Below, piece by piece: positions 50,217 through 63,040 of a stretch of DNA of 64,000 bases. Source of the DNA: Tubulanus polymorphus. Lineage: Eukaryota; Animalia; Nemertea. The translations under genes and the position numbers were made by a program. Within the stretch, counting starts at the first letter, position 1. Every line of letters starts with the position of its first letter. The notes beneath the pieces were generated by a model that made no database searches, was not told the origin of the DNA, and saw only the letters and a list, made by a program, of their open reading frames with translations. The stretch is from assembly GCF_964204645.1 (NCBI RefSeq), contig NC_134028.1, forward strand, positions 22,130,345-22,194,344, read 5' to 3'.

Positions 50217-51390
50217 AACAGATGCGTCAAGCGAGGGCACAAAATAGTGACGTAATACGCAACAATGTGTTTCAATTCTCACCCGACACGGGGTAACCGT
50301 ATACATTCAAAACTCTAGCCGCGATCACACGACCGATTTTCGCCCTGGCCAAAACGTCGGACCAGGCCCGAGCGAATCTTTGCACGGGACAAATGATTGC
50401 GTTTTAATTGAAACTGGTTCCGAAATGACTCATTTTGAGAGTTTTTAGTATCGAGTGAGTGGTTTGCGTGTGAACGCGCTCTCTGATTGAGCACGGGTCA
50501 ATTCTTCTTCCCCGTGCAATCGCGCCGCTTCTTTTACACTCAGAGTTCTCATTGACCCCGAATTCAGCACATATTTACTTCCCATCTCAAATTACAGTTA
50601 TTACCCGTTAACGTATACGCGAATTGCCATCAAAAAACACTCAATTCGCCGTAAAATTGAATGGTTATTATCAACGACCTAATGGGATACGGCACTTCTA
50701 GGCGACTACTATGGCAAGCGAGGTATCGATGAGGGTCCGTCGTGGTTCGGTGTCTCCTGCGTTCGATGTAAATCGAGCAAACCTGACGTAAATCTTCGGG
50801 GAATCCGTATATCACCGACAGATGACGTGACGAGCGCCCAATCTGTATATATTGTAAATACCTTGTTATGTTTTTAAAATGATTTTGTGTTCTTTTGATA
50901 TGAAAATATTTGTAAACAAAATCATTTTCCTTCCACGTACCATGGACATGGTTGGGCAGTAATGAATTATCTTATCTCTAGTCGAAAATAGTTCATTTCT
51001 AATAAAGTGAACTGAATTTTTAAACTCCTGAATCCAAACATTCTTACACGTTCCACCGATTATACCAATTTCATCTTTCTACTCGGTGTTTGGAATAGTT
51101 TCTATTCACTTATGGGAAAAGTCGATTAGAAATAAAGAATTTAAATTGACTGCCCTGAAGACGTTTACAACCAGCGAACCTGGCAGATCCCCGCCTGCCA
51201 CAGGTGGAATCACAGATTGCCACAGTCAGCGTATCGTCAACCATTGAAAACTTTACCAAAAACCCGATAGAATAGTCAATCTTTTTTTGGTGATACAGTT
51301 CAGTAGATGAGTCATCGGATTGTTGCAGATAAACTTATTCCGGGGTTTTTTGGAACTAAAATTACACCAAGTCCGACTTCTTTTTTTCAG

Positions 51391-54300
51391 ACCAGCGATC
51401 GAATCCAGTATGTTCCGAACTCGATCACGGGCATACGGGTTGATTTGATGTTGGATCACAGACGCAGGCAAAACCAGAGAAAACAATGCTGTCAAACGGG
51501 TCGAATGAGTCGACTGATATCGTGCATTATGGCGTCTACCGTCAGTTTGCTGTTGTTTCTGCTAACGATGTTAATAGTGAACGTCGGCTCTCTGACTGGT
51601 AGCGGGAATAACGAGGGTTCGGCGAACGGCACCAAAGAAAAACAGTGGTCGAACAGGGACTGTTTCGGACCTTGCAGGTAGGCACTTTTAATCATAGCTC
51701 TTTTATCCTTCTCATCAGAACGTAGGTTCCGATAAAGGTAATTATCGATTGAACCATAGACCATATAAAAGCACAGGGACTATATAAACCGAAATCGTTC
51801 CATCTCCTTCGTTTTAGAGTCCATGATTGAATGTTAGGTTGATGAAATATCAATTCCGGATTAAAGATTCCGGATTCTCTCTACCGGCCGCTTCTATCGG
51901 GTTCACAGATATTACGCTATTCCAGAATAGGTAGAGCGTATTCCGGTCGAAACAAACGCGCCCGAAGAGAATCGCAGAATCGGTAGAGACCAATCAAAAC
52001 CTACCAAACTCTCTACCGGCCACTTCTCAGGTTTACAGATTATACTATTCCGGAATAGTTGGAATGTATTCTGGTCTACGTAGGTGCAGCCTAGAAGTAG
52101 AATAAAACAGAGAATAATTCTTGTATCAGCCTCCATGCAGGGGCGGATCCAGCCTACCGCTACCATCGCCCGAGTTTATAGAAGTGCCTTTCTTTTTGCA
52201 ACTTCTGGTAGAAGTAATTAAAAACTGAAATTAACTTAAATCTAAAATTCTTATTTTTTGTGAATTAATTTCTTGAACGGGTTAGAATTTCATATTTTGT
52301 GGATGAAGAGAGAAGGATTTGATGCCCCAAATTGACGGATTGCATCTTAGAGCCCTAAAAGTTCAAAATGTTCCAGGTGCCCTTCCACAGCTGAGCTGCA
52401 CTGGGAAACCTAGGCTTTTAGTTCCGCTTCTATGCCATTGATCGGGATTTCTAGCTTTATGTATATTTAACCTCACCAGACATGTAGCATGTATCAGATA
52501 GAGCTGTATCCGATAAATAAACAATTTGTCACGGTTAGTGATTGGCAAAATATGATCTACCGTAGTGATTATGTAGGCAGACGTGAGACCCGCCGACTCT
52601 ATCGTCTCATCATCAAATCATCATCATTATCATCATCATTATCCCTCTCTCTCTCCTCCGCGTTGTTTGCTGCTTCGTGTCGCAGGTAATTTCTATCGCG
52701 CATTTGCCAGGATTTTTCGCCGCCCGCTGTCATAAAAACCAATCTTTAAATGGCGCACGTTATACAGAGATACAAATCTATGCGAACGCATGTACTTAGC
52801 TCATCCATCAAGCGAACATCGACATTGCTATAATTGCTGAAACGGCGGGGTACGTACCGAGGATTTTCAGCGGATCGCACCCCGGGGACGTTTGCCAGTA
52901 ATTTCTGAACACACTTTCCCAGAAGATAATTAGTCTTTTGACATTTTGGGGGACAATACTATATTATATATACTGTCTACCACAGGACATGTAGTCACCA
53001 AATCATCGACCACACGCTAGCGCATACATACATTTAGAATTGACGTGCTCGCAACTCATTCAGTTATACACTAGTTCATTTGCTCCTTCGTTTGCTTCAT
53101 TCCTTGGATGGAAATGTAATTTAAAGTCACCCGTGTTGCGTGATGTTTGCGGTCGGAAGACAGGCGCGATTACTTTCGTGTTTTCTGGATACGCGCGCGG
53201 ACCAACCAGGGCAGAGGGGCACGGCAAGGATAACTTTAGATGAAATCCCACAAAAGAATGACGGGTCCGATATGTTACCGTGAGCTAGGTAGTTTTTCGA
53301 CGTTTCGACTTTTTCCTAACAGTCATCTTCATCTGGAATACGGATGTTGTCCTCATTATAATCATCGATGAAACACTCCGAGTTCGTGTTGTAAAGATAA
53401 TATAAAATCCCTGCACACTACGAATGAAAGAAGTGATTGAAATGTTTCCATGTGCTAGGTAGTTTTTCGACGATTAGACTTAATCTGTAAGAATACTGAA
53501 GTTGTCCTCATTATACACATCGATAAAACCCTCTGAGTTCGTGTATAAAATAGTTTGGAATATTTCCATGAGCTAGGTAGTTTATTCGACTTTTCAGCTA
53601 CGTATATCCGTATAATCTTCAGGAATAATCAACTATTATCATTATTAACATCATCATTATTGTTTCTATATGTATTACATTATTATCATTATTCGTTAAT
53701 TTGGTAACTCCTAATTGCCCCTTCCTTGTGGCAGCACTCTTGTAAAATTGGGTGTTAAACTTTGATTTATGCAATTAAGAATACGCGATTGATGATTCTG
53801 TTACTAGTAGACTAATTATGATTCCGTTGAGGATACGAATCTAATCCGATCATTGAGATATAAAGGCAATCTCTCGTGTCACGTGTAAATATATGAAATA
53901 GGATTGTACGCAATATGTTGACTAATTGTCATTCCACTTGGTCACATCCTCGTTTGTCAGGGTTTGATTTCTGGCCGCCGAAGCTCACGCCAACACAAAC
54001 CCTGTTCGCAAACCATTTATTGGTCCATTAACATGATGGCTTGTAAGAACAGCCGAAAATTCGGGGTGTCATTTTGATGATCGCATAAGAACCTATTGTG
54101 GCACTCTTTAATCTATGTTAAGGCTTGCTATTATCAACTCTTGAATATGTCGATTTAGTTTCAAGGGGTTCTGTTGTCTGAACCATGGACTCTAATGTCT
54201 GAACCGAACAAAAACGCTCCCTTGCGACCGGTCCCTGATGGGAAGATCGTTCTCTCTCTCCACGAGTCTGTGAGTTTTACTGCAGTCGTTGCCTCTTTCA

Positions 54301-57300
54301 CCGATCACTACTACAACGCCGTTTCTTCTTCGTTGTATTAACACATTTACCACGCTATTCGCATTGCCATTCATCATTGCACAACACGTTCCGTACAAGC
54401 ATAAAACACCATGAAAAATGGACCACTCGGGACTTGTTACTAACTATGCGTCTTCCTGTGCGCGCGTACTTCGCTTGGTTTGTTGTTGTGTCTTCGACGG
54501 TCTTCGCCGTTATAGTATAGATTCCGAATGCAGAGCGCAAACGCTCTCGCGTAAAAAACAAACACCAAACAATCCACCGGAACAGTATTAATCGCGTCCG
54601 CTGGAACTAAATTAAGCGGGCCTGTGCTCTGGTTGTGAAGTAAACAATTAATTAAACCGTGGAATCTATCTGTAGATTGCTTTTCTTTCAAACTGGAAAC
54701 AAAGCTATTTCTAGCTGTACACTGCCTGCCAGACTGGCCTCCCTGTGACTTCTCGATTTTCATGAAACTTTTTGCAGGACACCCACGCAAATGTCGGGTC
54801 CTGTTTCGCTCCCGGCAGGTGTGGTGGGTCTGTAAGGGACACTCAATCAAAAAATCTAACGAAATTTACAAACCAAATAAACAACAGGGACAATCCCTAT
54901 TTTAAGATCAATGTCGAGTCCTGTGGGAGTACCGGTACGTGTGGGAGAAATGACATTCAAAGAGAAGCAATTTCACAACTTCTAGCATATTGCGTTGAAC
55001 ATTTTGCTACTTTTTCCTACAATTTGGCCTCAAATCCAATTAGTTTGGAAGCACGTGCATATTTTGAACGAAAACGAATGAACCAGCGGTACCAATAAGT
55101 GAATCATTGGAAATCGATGCTCAAATTTTCTTAAGGTCGGCATCTGAGCGGAACTTCGTTAATGAGCGTCATTCCGACCATCCGACCCCCGACCCCGACC
55201 CCCACCTCTAAATACGGGCTGTTTTATTATTCATTAATTCGTTCAGAAATATTAGTATCAGAATTTAGCCGTGAAATTGCATTGTTTCAGTATGTCATGT
55301 ATCAGAGCTTGCTGCTAAAGCGCGTGGAGTGGAGTTTTCAGCTTTTCGCGGCGAACATACGCGCTCATTTAACAGCAACTGATTAATGACAAAAAACTCA
55401 ATTTCGCGAAGAAACAATTTATTTCCGAAAGTATCTCCTCGAACAAATCGACGCTTCGTAAAAGGCGGATCAATCAACGCTAAGGTCACGTGACCGACAG
55501 ACTGAGACGTCGACCAGCTCTGGTCCGCTACACCGGCCAATAGCCGTCACTAACTAAGATGTATGGCGTCCGTGGCATCGACTTATTGGTCGGGGATCTC
55601 TGATTCTAGGTATACCGGATGATATCAGCCACAAATGCGACCAGGGTATATACATTTATAATAACGAGTCCGCGGCAAATGTCAGTTTAACCGACAAAAT
55701 GTTTATTGCAAACATTAATAAAAGATGAACTTATTATTATCATTGTCACGTGGTGCGTTAATATCCTGTATGGTGGGCAACCTTCCTTCCGCAATATAGA
55801 TTGATGAAATATATACCAACCTACCGGCTGGTTGTGTGTGTGTGCGCGGGTGTGTGCGGCGTGTTCGCGAGGTTAAGATCGTGTGACCACGTCGTGATAT
55901 ATCGTATCCTCATCTTCCGCGGCGCGATTGTGGCTTAAAGACGATGAAATTCTTTACGATAATCTTTCGTTCGATCGATTTGATCAGAATTCAGGTTTTT
56001 ATTTCGAAATGTCAACACGTATTCCAGTCCAACGCACACCGCGAGTGGTCCGGCGAGAGTTCTTATTCTAAGCGCGTGCGCCGGGGCACGAGAGGCCGCT
56101 CTTTGGTCTCATCAGTCGTTGATACATCCGACCTTTCAACCTTTGATCTCCTCGATAGCATCCTACAGTTTCGTTTTTTAATGTCGTATGGTGAGGGGGG
56201 GGGGGGTTACGGAAGTGGCCAAGTTAGTTATTGTTTACATCAATTTATGTACTGCTAGGGGAGAGAGGAGTTGCTTGTTAAAGCTCCCCCCCAAGCAGAA
56301 AACCCTGTACATTAACTATCAAACTATACGCCGTCGTGTGGGGTGGTTTCTTTCTTTTTCTAGTTGTCTTGTCTTGTTAGTACGCGTAGTATGTTTATTG
56401 ACATGTATTACCCATTTGTATTTGTATCCTAAGGCGTCAATAAATATGAATTGAATTGAATATAACGAAACCTACCCGGTGCACGCGTTCTTGGTCGCAC
56501 TCATGGCGGTTGCGACGGGCTTTACCCTGAATTACCCTGATTAACACGTATACCTGATATAAGGAAAACCTCGCCGTGTGCGTAGGACCATAAGGTACAC
56601 ATCAGTGTGCACAAACTAGTCAACGTAAGTCGACCATACAGTTTTTGATGGTTCGGCCAATTCATTGCGAGTGTAAATAAAAATATACAATCGCGACATG
56701 AGCCGCAGTTAATACTGATAGTTCCCAACCGCGTTTTATCGGTAATGAGAGTGGTACACGCAACATTTTTAAATCTATTTTTCGAAATGAAGCCATTTAA
56801 ACTGCAGCACAGCAGCGGCGGCGGCGCAAATAACGTCGCTTTCAGGTGTATTATTGGAGCGTGAAATAAAGATTACAAGTCGAATTACAAAATGGACCAG
56901 ATCGAAGAAAAAGATTCGTTACTTATGAAACGCTGTATGGGTCAACTGGGGCCTGTTTACACAGTTAAGGCTTAGGCCTTACGTCTAAGACTAAGTCCAT
57001 CTTAGTTCTGTATCTGACATAATCACTTAATACCAGTATTCATATTTAAAACCACATTTGGACTGCAACCGGGCCCTGTTTTTAAAGTAGCATAGTTTAT
57101 ATCCATATATGGAATAATTATGCCGGTTTTTCTATAATGGTCAAGGTGATGTCGTTTTAGCACGTAGCACTGCGCGATTATGACCATTCAGTTCGGCTGA
57201 CCCCATCATTGTTAAATTGATATGCATCAAGATCTTGTCTGTGAAGTAGACTATAAGGCCTCTGGTCTTTTAAGTGCGTCGCGCATTAGTATGCACGGTG

Positions 57301-60300
57301 TAACATTGTACTGACATTTTTTTGTATGAACCTCTTTGTTCGGCTACGTGTTATGAGTTGAATTCTGTGTTAAAATGTTGAAAGTTATGCTTTTCTGTAC
57401 GTTGTCAACCTCGTATATTTTCCTAAACCTTTCGTATCTTCAAATTGGTTCATCGGAAATTAATCCGTTAAAAGAAGAAAAAAAGGTACAAGGATAGTGC
57501 ATCAAGGCTACACTTAGTTAATGTAAAATGCCTACTAAACATTGCCGACTACGGAAGCGTCCTGGGGAAATATCTTCCCCTCAAAAATCGCATTTAACTG
57601 AGAAAACTAGTTTATTCCGAGTTGCAAACTCGGAATTAACCTCGAAAAACTATCTTTAATAGATATGTCCCCAGGACGCTTCCGTAACCCCTCGGCACTG
57701 AGGTATCTCGTTACGAGCTTATCCGTTTCTCAGTTTCCGTCAAGTCTTCTCTTTAGCGACTTTTAAGGCGTTAAAGGGCCCACGTGCAAATACGCGCTAC
57801 AATATCTCTAATGTATTTTCCTCATTTTTCCTCAAAAATGGATTGTTTACCTCATTTTTCTGATGTTATCTATCTGCTTTTCCGTGAAATAGAATATTGA
57901 AATGAGCTAAATCTAGCCACTGGCGATATCTGCCATCTTTTTCTCTGGCGTTCTACTTCTTAGAACGTGTGTTCAAATCGCGCTCAATCGCTCGTTACTA
58001 TCTTACCAACCCGGTTTTTGCGCTTCGAAAAAACGGATGTTCGCCGAGTTGCCGGATTTCCCTCGCAGACAACGTTGGATGTACGACGTAAGCGATTGTA
58101 GAACGTGCGATGTCACGTTGCTTCGCGTCTGTTGCGGATTAACAACATGCGCACGACGTTGAACGGTTTTGTCGTCGTGTCACATGGCAGACGGTATATA
58201 CGCACGCTCCCGTACACCGGCGCCTGCGGTAGAGACCGGCACTCGATCGTGAACCGAACCTCCGCAGCGAAACTCAATGCTTGAAGTGTTAATTGATGAT
58301 GCTACGAACCCCTGTAGGCTGGAGATCCATCATCAACTACATCTCGTCGTACGCGTTAAGATAAAGCACATACCAAACGCACCGGTAGCTGGTTACGACG
58401 TCTTTTGCAGTCGAGAGTATCACACCAAGACAAACTCTTGTCTTGTTTGTTCAAAGCTCGATCGAATTTCCCAAGCCGCCGTTGCGTCTTGATATAAACG
58501 ATCAGTGCTGTTGGAATTGGGAAGACATCAGTGTTGTTTGCGAATTTCAGAATTCAAAACATCAAAAAATTACGAAACAAGTCTATATGAAGTCGATGCT
58601 AATTTGACGCGTGAAGAGACGCCGTAGACGGTCGTTCGTATATCATCCAAAACGGTTGAAGTCGTGTTGCGGCGAATATAAGACGGTCGTTTAAAATGTC
58701 ATCATCGGCGCGTGAGATTCTAAATTCAATCATACTCGAAATGCGCGCGTTGTTGATTGCTTCGCTCGTCAATACTTGTTGGGGGGGGGGGGGGGGAGAG
58801 GAGATATGATTAAAGCTTGTGGTCGATTTCGACGATTTCAACGACTCCTCTTCAGATATCACAATCACTCGACAAATAATTCGGTTGTTTCCGAGAGTTG
58901 GTTATCGTAGCGTAAGTTATTCGATGATAAATGGCGACCAGTGAACGAAATTTAATTCCCGACCGAATAATAATTAGTTTAATATATATAGTTTAGTTTA
59001 GTTTAGTTTAATGCTCAACAAAAAGCAATTTGCACAGAACAAAACAGAAAATTATAATAACTACAGAAAACATATAATTCGGCTTGACAAGCCCAAGTGA
59101 AACATATTTCAATTCCTTTTTGATGAAAATGATCCTGACGTTTTTTCCTGATTTTTCCGGTCGCATACATAAACATCTTAAATTTTTCAATACTAGGGAA
59201 TTTCCTGTAATACCGTTTGCAAGCATGTTCCTGAAATCGGTTAGGAAGGGGCACTGTGATATAAAATGAAATCGTTGCAAACGGTATTCTGGTTACCTGG
59301 TTATCTAGAGCAAAATGACTTATCAAGAGATCAGAAGTGATACGAACTAAAGCATGAAAACAGTAACGAGCTACATTTCAGTCGTTTACAGAACGAAATT
59401 ATTCAATCCATTGTAAACCTACACGTTTGCATTCGATGTCTTACCATCCGTTCAAGGATGGGCTTCGGGCCGCTGGGATTCGGGCAGATATATCTTATGA
59501 CGGATGAGTACTGGGCAGCTGGTATGTGGGCAGAATTATCTTTAGACGGACGGGAATTAGACGCACGGGATTTGGGCAGATTTATCGTCAGATAAATGAG
59601 CAGCAAGGGTCGGTGATAACTTTGGAGAGATAATGATCGAACACGCCTCGCTAGTCAAACCGACGAACGCATAGAGCCCATGAGTGACTCGAACTTAAGT
59701 AAAATGAAGAAAATGATTTCGCGATAGCGTTTTATTCCCAATTTTCGAAATCATTATCTATATGCGATACAGAAAAGATACTAAATGGACAGTTAATATG
59801 AATTGTAGAACCGAATCCTATATTTTCTAAGGGCACTAGTAAGATTAAATTGAGAACACTAATATAGCGAGAAAGATGAAATCCGAAAAGTCTCCTTAAG
59901 TTTATGATTTATTTGAAATCATAAACACAAATTCAATCAATTTCACCAACGGTTGGAACGAGTAAATCTGAGACCGTATTCAGGACCGAATCGGTAAATA
60001 CGATCCGGACTCACCGGCCACTGTGCGAGCAAAAAAAATATTCATCACCGAGCTGTTTCAGGGCAGGACAAAAAAATCATCGCTTATTGATAGTCGTGTC
60101 AGGGTTAAACGAATGTCAGGGGAGTCAGACCCGTCATCGGGTGACAGGTATCAATTTCAGCACGCGTTTAATAGGCGACACACGTGGCGAAAATCGATAC
60201 GTGAAAATCAGTGTGGCAAATGGGCTGAGAAACCTTCATCAAGAAAACATTATCGACGGCTGCGTTACTTTTTACGATGTCAGTTTAGCGTGCGTTCATT

Positions 60301-63040
60301 GATAGTATGGATATTGTTAATCGTGTCGCGATCGAAGAGGAAGCGACGGCCATATCCTGGTCTTTTCGATCGCGCGGACATTTCTTTGAAAATGGAGTGT
60401 ATCTGTGAAACTTGCCAAATCTATTTTGCTTATCTTATAAAAAGATAAAGGGCCGTGCGTAAAGTACGTGCGCACGTAGGGGAGGAAGGCTTTTAGAAAT
60501 CCGTGCAAAAGCGTACAGGGGGAGGGGAAGGGCGAGCTCGAAGCTTACATACTTTTCTAAGGGGAGGGTTCATGTTTATAGTGCGTACTTTGTGCACGAA
60601 ACACAATGCGATTTTTACATTTATGGGATTTCCTGGGAATTCCCCGCTCTTGATGACTTCGTCAATACATACATTGTCGCCGGAGCCCTGATGAATCCTG
60701 GTGAATTTTGCCCATTTCACATCATGGATCCTGACAGATTCACTTTTACAGGGAGGGATCAATCATAGAAGTATGTACGCAAGAGGGGGATTTGTATTAT
60801 CGCTGAAGGAAATTTCACGGAAGCACTATAAACGGAAAACCCGGGCTGAAAATAAAACGGGATTCTGATTGGCTAATAATGACATCATCTAAGTAAGCTG
60901 CACGTGTAGCTGCGCACTCGGTCTAGTGTGGCAGGGTTTCGTACCGTGTCAATCTCGATGCCATCAGGTTCGAATCCCTGCCGGGGAGGACTGCAATGAG
61001 TACCTGGCCTGGTCGATTCAATTCAATTTAATTCAATATTTATTCATCATGATAGTATGGATCGTCGTTTATTGTATCACGCTCGAAGATGAGATTGTAT
61101 CAAACGGGTATTATTCAAAGTTTCATTGATATAAATATCTTCGCTGGGGCATGTTGGAAATCATCGTGATAAACGGGTTTAATCTAACAGAAGAATCGTA
61201 CTAACGAGGTTCGACTGTATATGTCAGAGGTTATCAATTAGCCTTTGAGTCCAGCTTTATACAAAGCTTTTTATAACATCCGTTAAATAAAAACAATGAT
61301 AATAATAATCTAACGCTAGTTATTCAAAGAACTTTATATACCGAGTGTGAATCGTCGTTTCAATAAGAACGACAATAATTCAGACTAAGGGTATAAGGTT
61401 CTTTTTGCTGTTTGGACTGTAGATATCAATAAAACCTCTGATAAATCAACACTCAGCTTCTGAAGCAGGATTACACCAGAGCAAGATTGTGATTTACACG
61501 AAATTAAACGGGTGAGACCGAGTCGGATAATTGCGAGTGGGAGTTGAGTGCGACACTTCTGCTGTTTTTGGAGTTGTTTACTCTGCGACGAGTAGTGCTT
61601 CTTGCACGCGTAGCGGGGAATGTATCTCATCAATTATCACGATGAATGCTGGTAGTATTCGTATGATTTTAATTAATACATGATAAATCGGCTTATTGCG
61701 AGTGCGCGCGTTGACGACGATGATCATTGATACTAAAGCCTATGGTGCACGCGGGCGATGTTTCCGAGCATATCTCGAGCAACCACCCGATTTGATCGGC
61801 GTCGAACCAAATCGCTCGTCTTCGGTAACAGGACACGGACATTGCTCGTTGTCGAAAGGGGACGCCCGATATCAGACATTGAACATGATCGCATTCGAGC
61901 GCGCTTGTCCCGGGTTAAATTTGGTGCCAAGTGCTTGTTCGACGCGGGCCATGGTCCGACCAAAAACATAGGTTCAGGCTCCTGCCAAATTTCAGCACTG
62001 GTAAAATCATTCTGCGAAATCATTTTTCCGTCGTAATGTTGTCGCAGTATTGACACTTATTATCATACCATATGTCCCCTTCTCAAAAAATCTAAATCGA
62101 CACAAACGATAATGTACGAAAGATAATACATAATTTTGTAGTCAGTATATCGTAGTTTTCTTGTCAGTTCAGATTTGTCTTTGCAAGCGGTAACCCAAAA
62201 ACGTTTTGACGTATATTATCATATCGTGATATAGAAATGAAAGAATATGAAACTTTTGTTCTTTTTATGGACATTCAACTATATATTCGAAGACTGTATC
62301 GTAGATTTAACGATGATATCCTATCTTCATTCAGATTTACGTTAGTTGAAACGTCACCGTACGGTTTACCGGCGACTGTTAGCGTGCGAACTACGAGTGA
62401 AAGTTGGCTAGGTTTGATCTCATCCGCCACGCAGTCTATAGATATAGTATCCGATACTTGGGACCTTTCGCAGGAATCCGCGTCGACGAAACAGGTAATA
62501 TTTCCGAAGGTTACATTTTCTGTTAGGCAGCGATGAACGTTTATAACCCCTTTTTAAAGAATGCATACTTCTAACGACCGTCGAAAGAAGTAATTCACAT
62601 TCGATATGTATGGTGGCTCTGATTCGGGCCGTAACGTAAAATTCCTGGTAAAGTTCTGGCGCCCTCATTTGCATACCAGGAACTAAGCGTTATGGCCCTA
62701 ATCGTAGATATCAGCTAAATGATATAGTCAAATCCGCTTCAGTAATCCGGATCGGCTTAATCCAGACAATATTTACAGTCCATTTGTTTATTAATATATT
62801 AGAAAATTACTTTTATTCCAGATTTCCCGTGTAACCGGAATTTTTATTGGTCACAAATGATCCCGAACTACGCGCGGATTCTATACTGCATTTCGAATGA
62901 AATTGATTAGATCTATTTCTTACAGGGTGCTGATGTGGTAAAACAGTTAAATGAGGCATCGGGGACACGAGGTGTCAAAATCCGAATCCTCTTCAACGCG
63001 AAAGATGCTCAATCGTCCGACATTATACAACGGACGAACG
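51391..63040 (+). CDS. PLD3/PLD4/PLD5-family (lysosomal exonuclease-type phospholipase D) gene, 5' partial; continues beyond the window
   Basis: Exons 51391-51677, 62335-62494, 62926-63040 are in phase: basic cytosolic tail, transmembrane anchor (LISCIMASTVSLLLFLLTMLIV), then CFGPCRFTLVETSPYGL...TSESWLGLISSATQSIDIVSDTWDL...QGADVVKQL...RGVKIRIL. This parallels PLD3 CYDPC..LVESIPEGL...AWLGLL..A.SSLDIASFYWTL...QGEEVL..L...GVNVRI. HKD motifs lie outside the window; the start codon is uncertain. Confidence 0.8.
53270..53630 (-). repeat. Tandem array (~2.5-3 units) of the CUGAAGA-hammerhead family (retrozyme-like)
   Basis: GAGCTAGGTAGTTT(T/A)TTCGAC recurs at ~53282, ~53452 and ~53570; GTTGTCCTCATTATA...CATCGAT.AAAC.CTC.GAGTTCGTGT occurs twice. 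The minus strand carries GAAGATGAC...GTCGAAACGTCGAA. Confidence 0.65.
57550..57686. mobile_element. Small foldback MITE
   Basis: TACGGAAGCGTCCTGGGGAAATATCT ... AGATATGTCCCCAGGACGCTTCCGTA, with an internal hairpin ATTCCGAGTT-GCA-AACTCGGAAT. Confidence 0.7.
58990..59280 (-). mobile_element. Frameshifted LINE ORF2 C-terminal relic (CR1-group) with (AAACT)n tail
   Basis: FHFISQCPFLTDFR / KRYYRKFPSIEKFKMFM in adjacent frames resembles the 'FHF...CP....R...YY...PS..KF' ORF2 end; pentamer tail at 58990-59010. Confidence 0.55.
60805..60988 (+). repeat. B-box-containing hairpin element (tRNA/SINE-like head) with conserved upstream segment; copies 63412-63585 (+), 63275-63360 (-), short 22631-22685 (-)
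   Basis: AAGCTGC.CGTGTAGCTG.GCACTCGGTCTAGTGTGGCAGGGTTTCGTACCGTG.CAATCTCGATGCCA.CAGGTTCGAATC.CTGCCGGGG is shared between copies. Confidence 0.65.

Noticed and set aside
60929-60982. HDV-like or hammerhead ribozyme reading of the GGCAGGG...CGAATCCCTGCC hairpin
   Set aside because: No P3/L3/P1.1 elements for HDV; the reverse strand has CUGAUGG rather than CUGANGA and no room for stem I.
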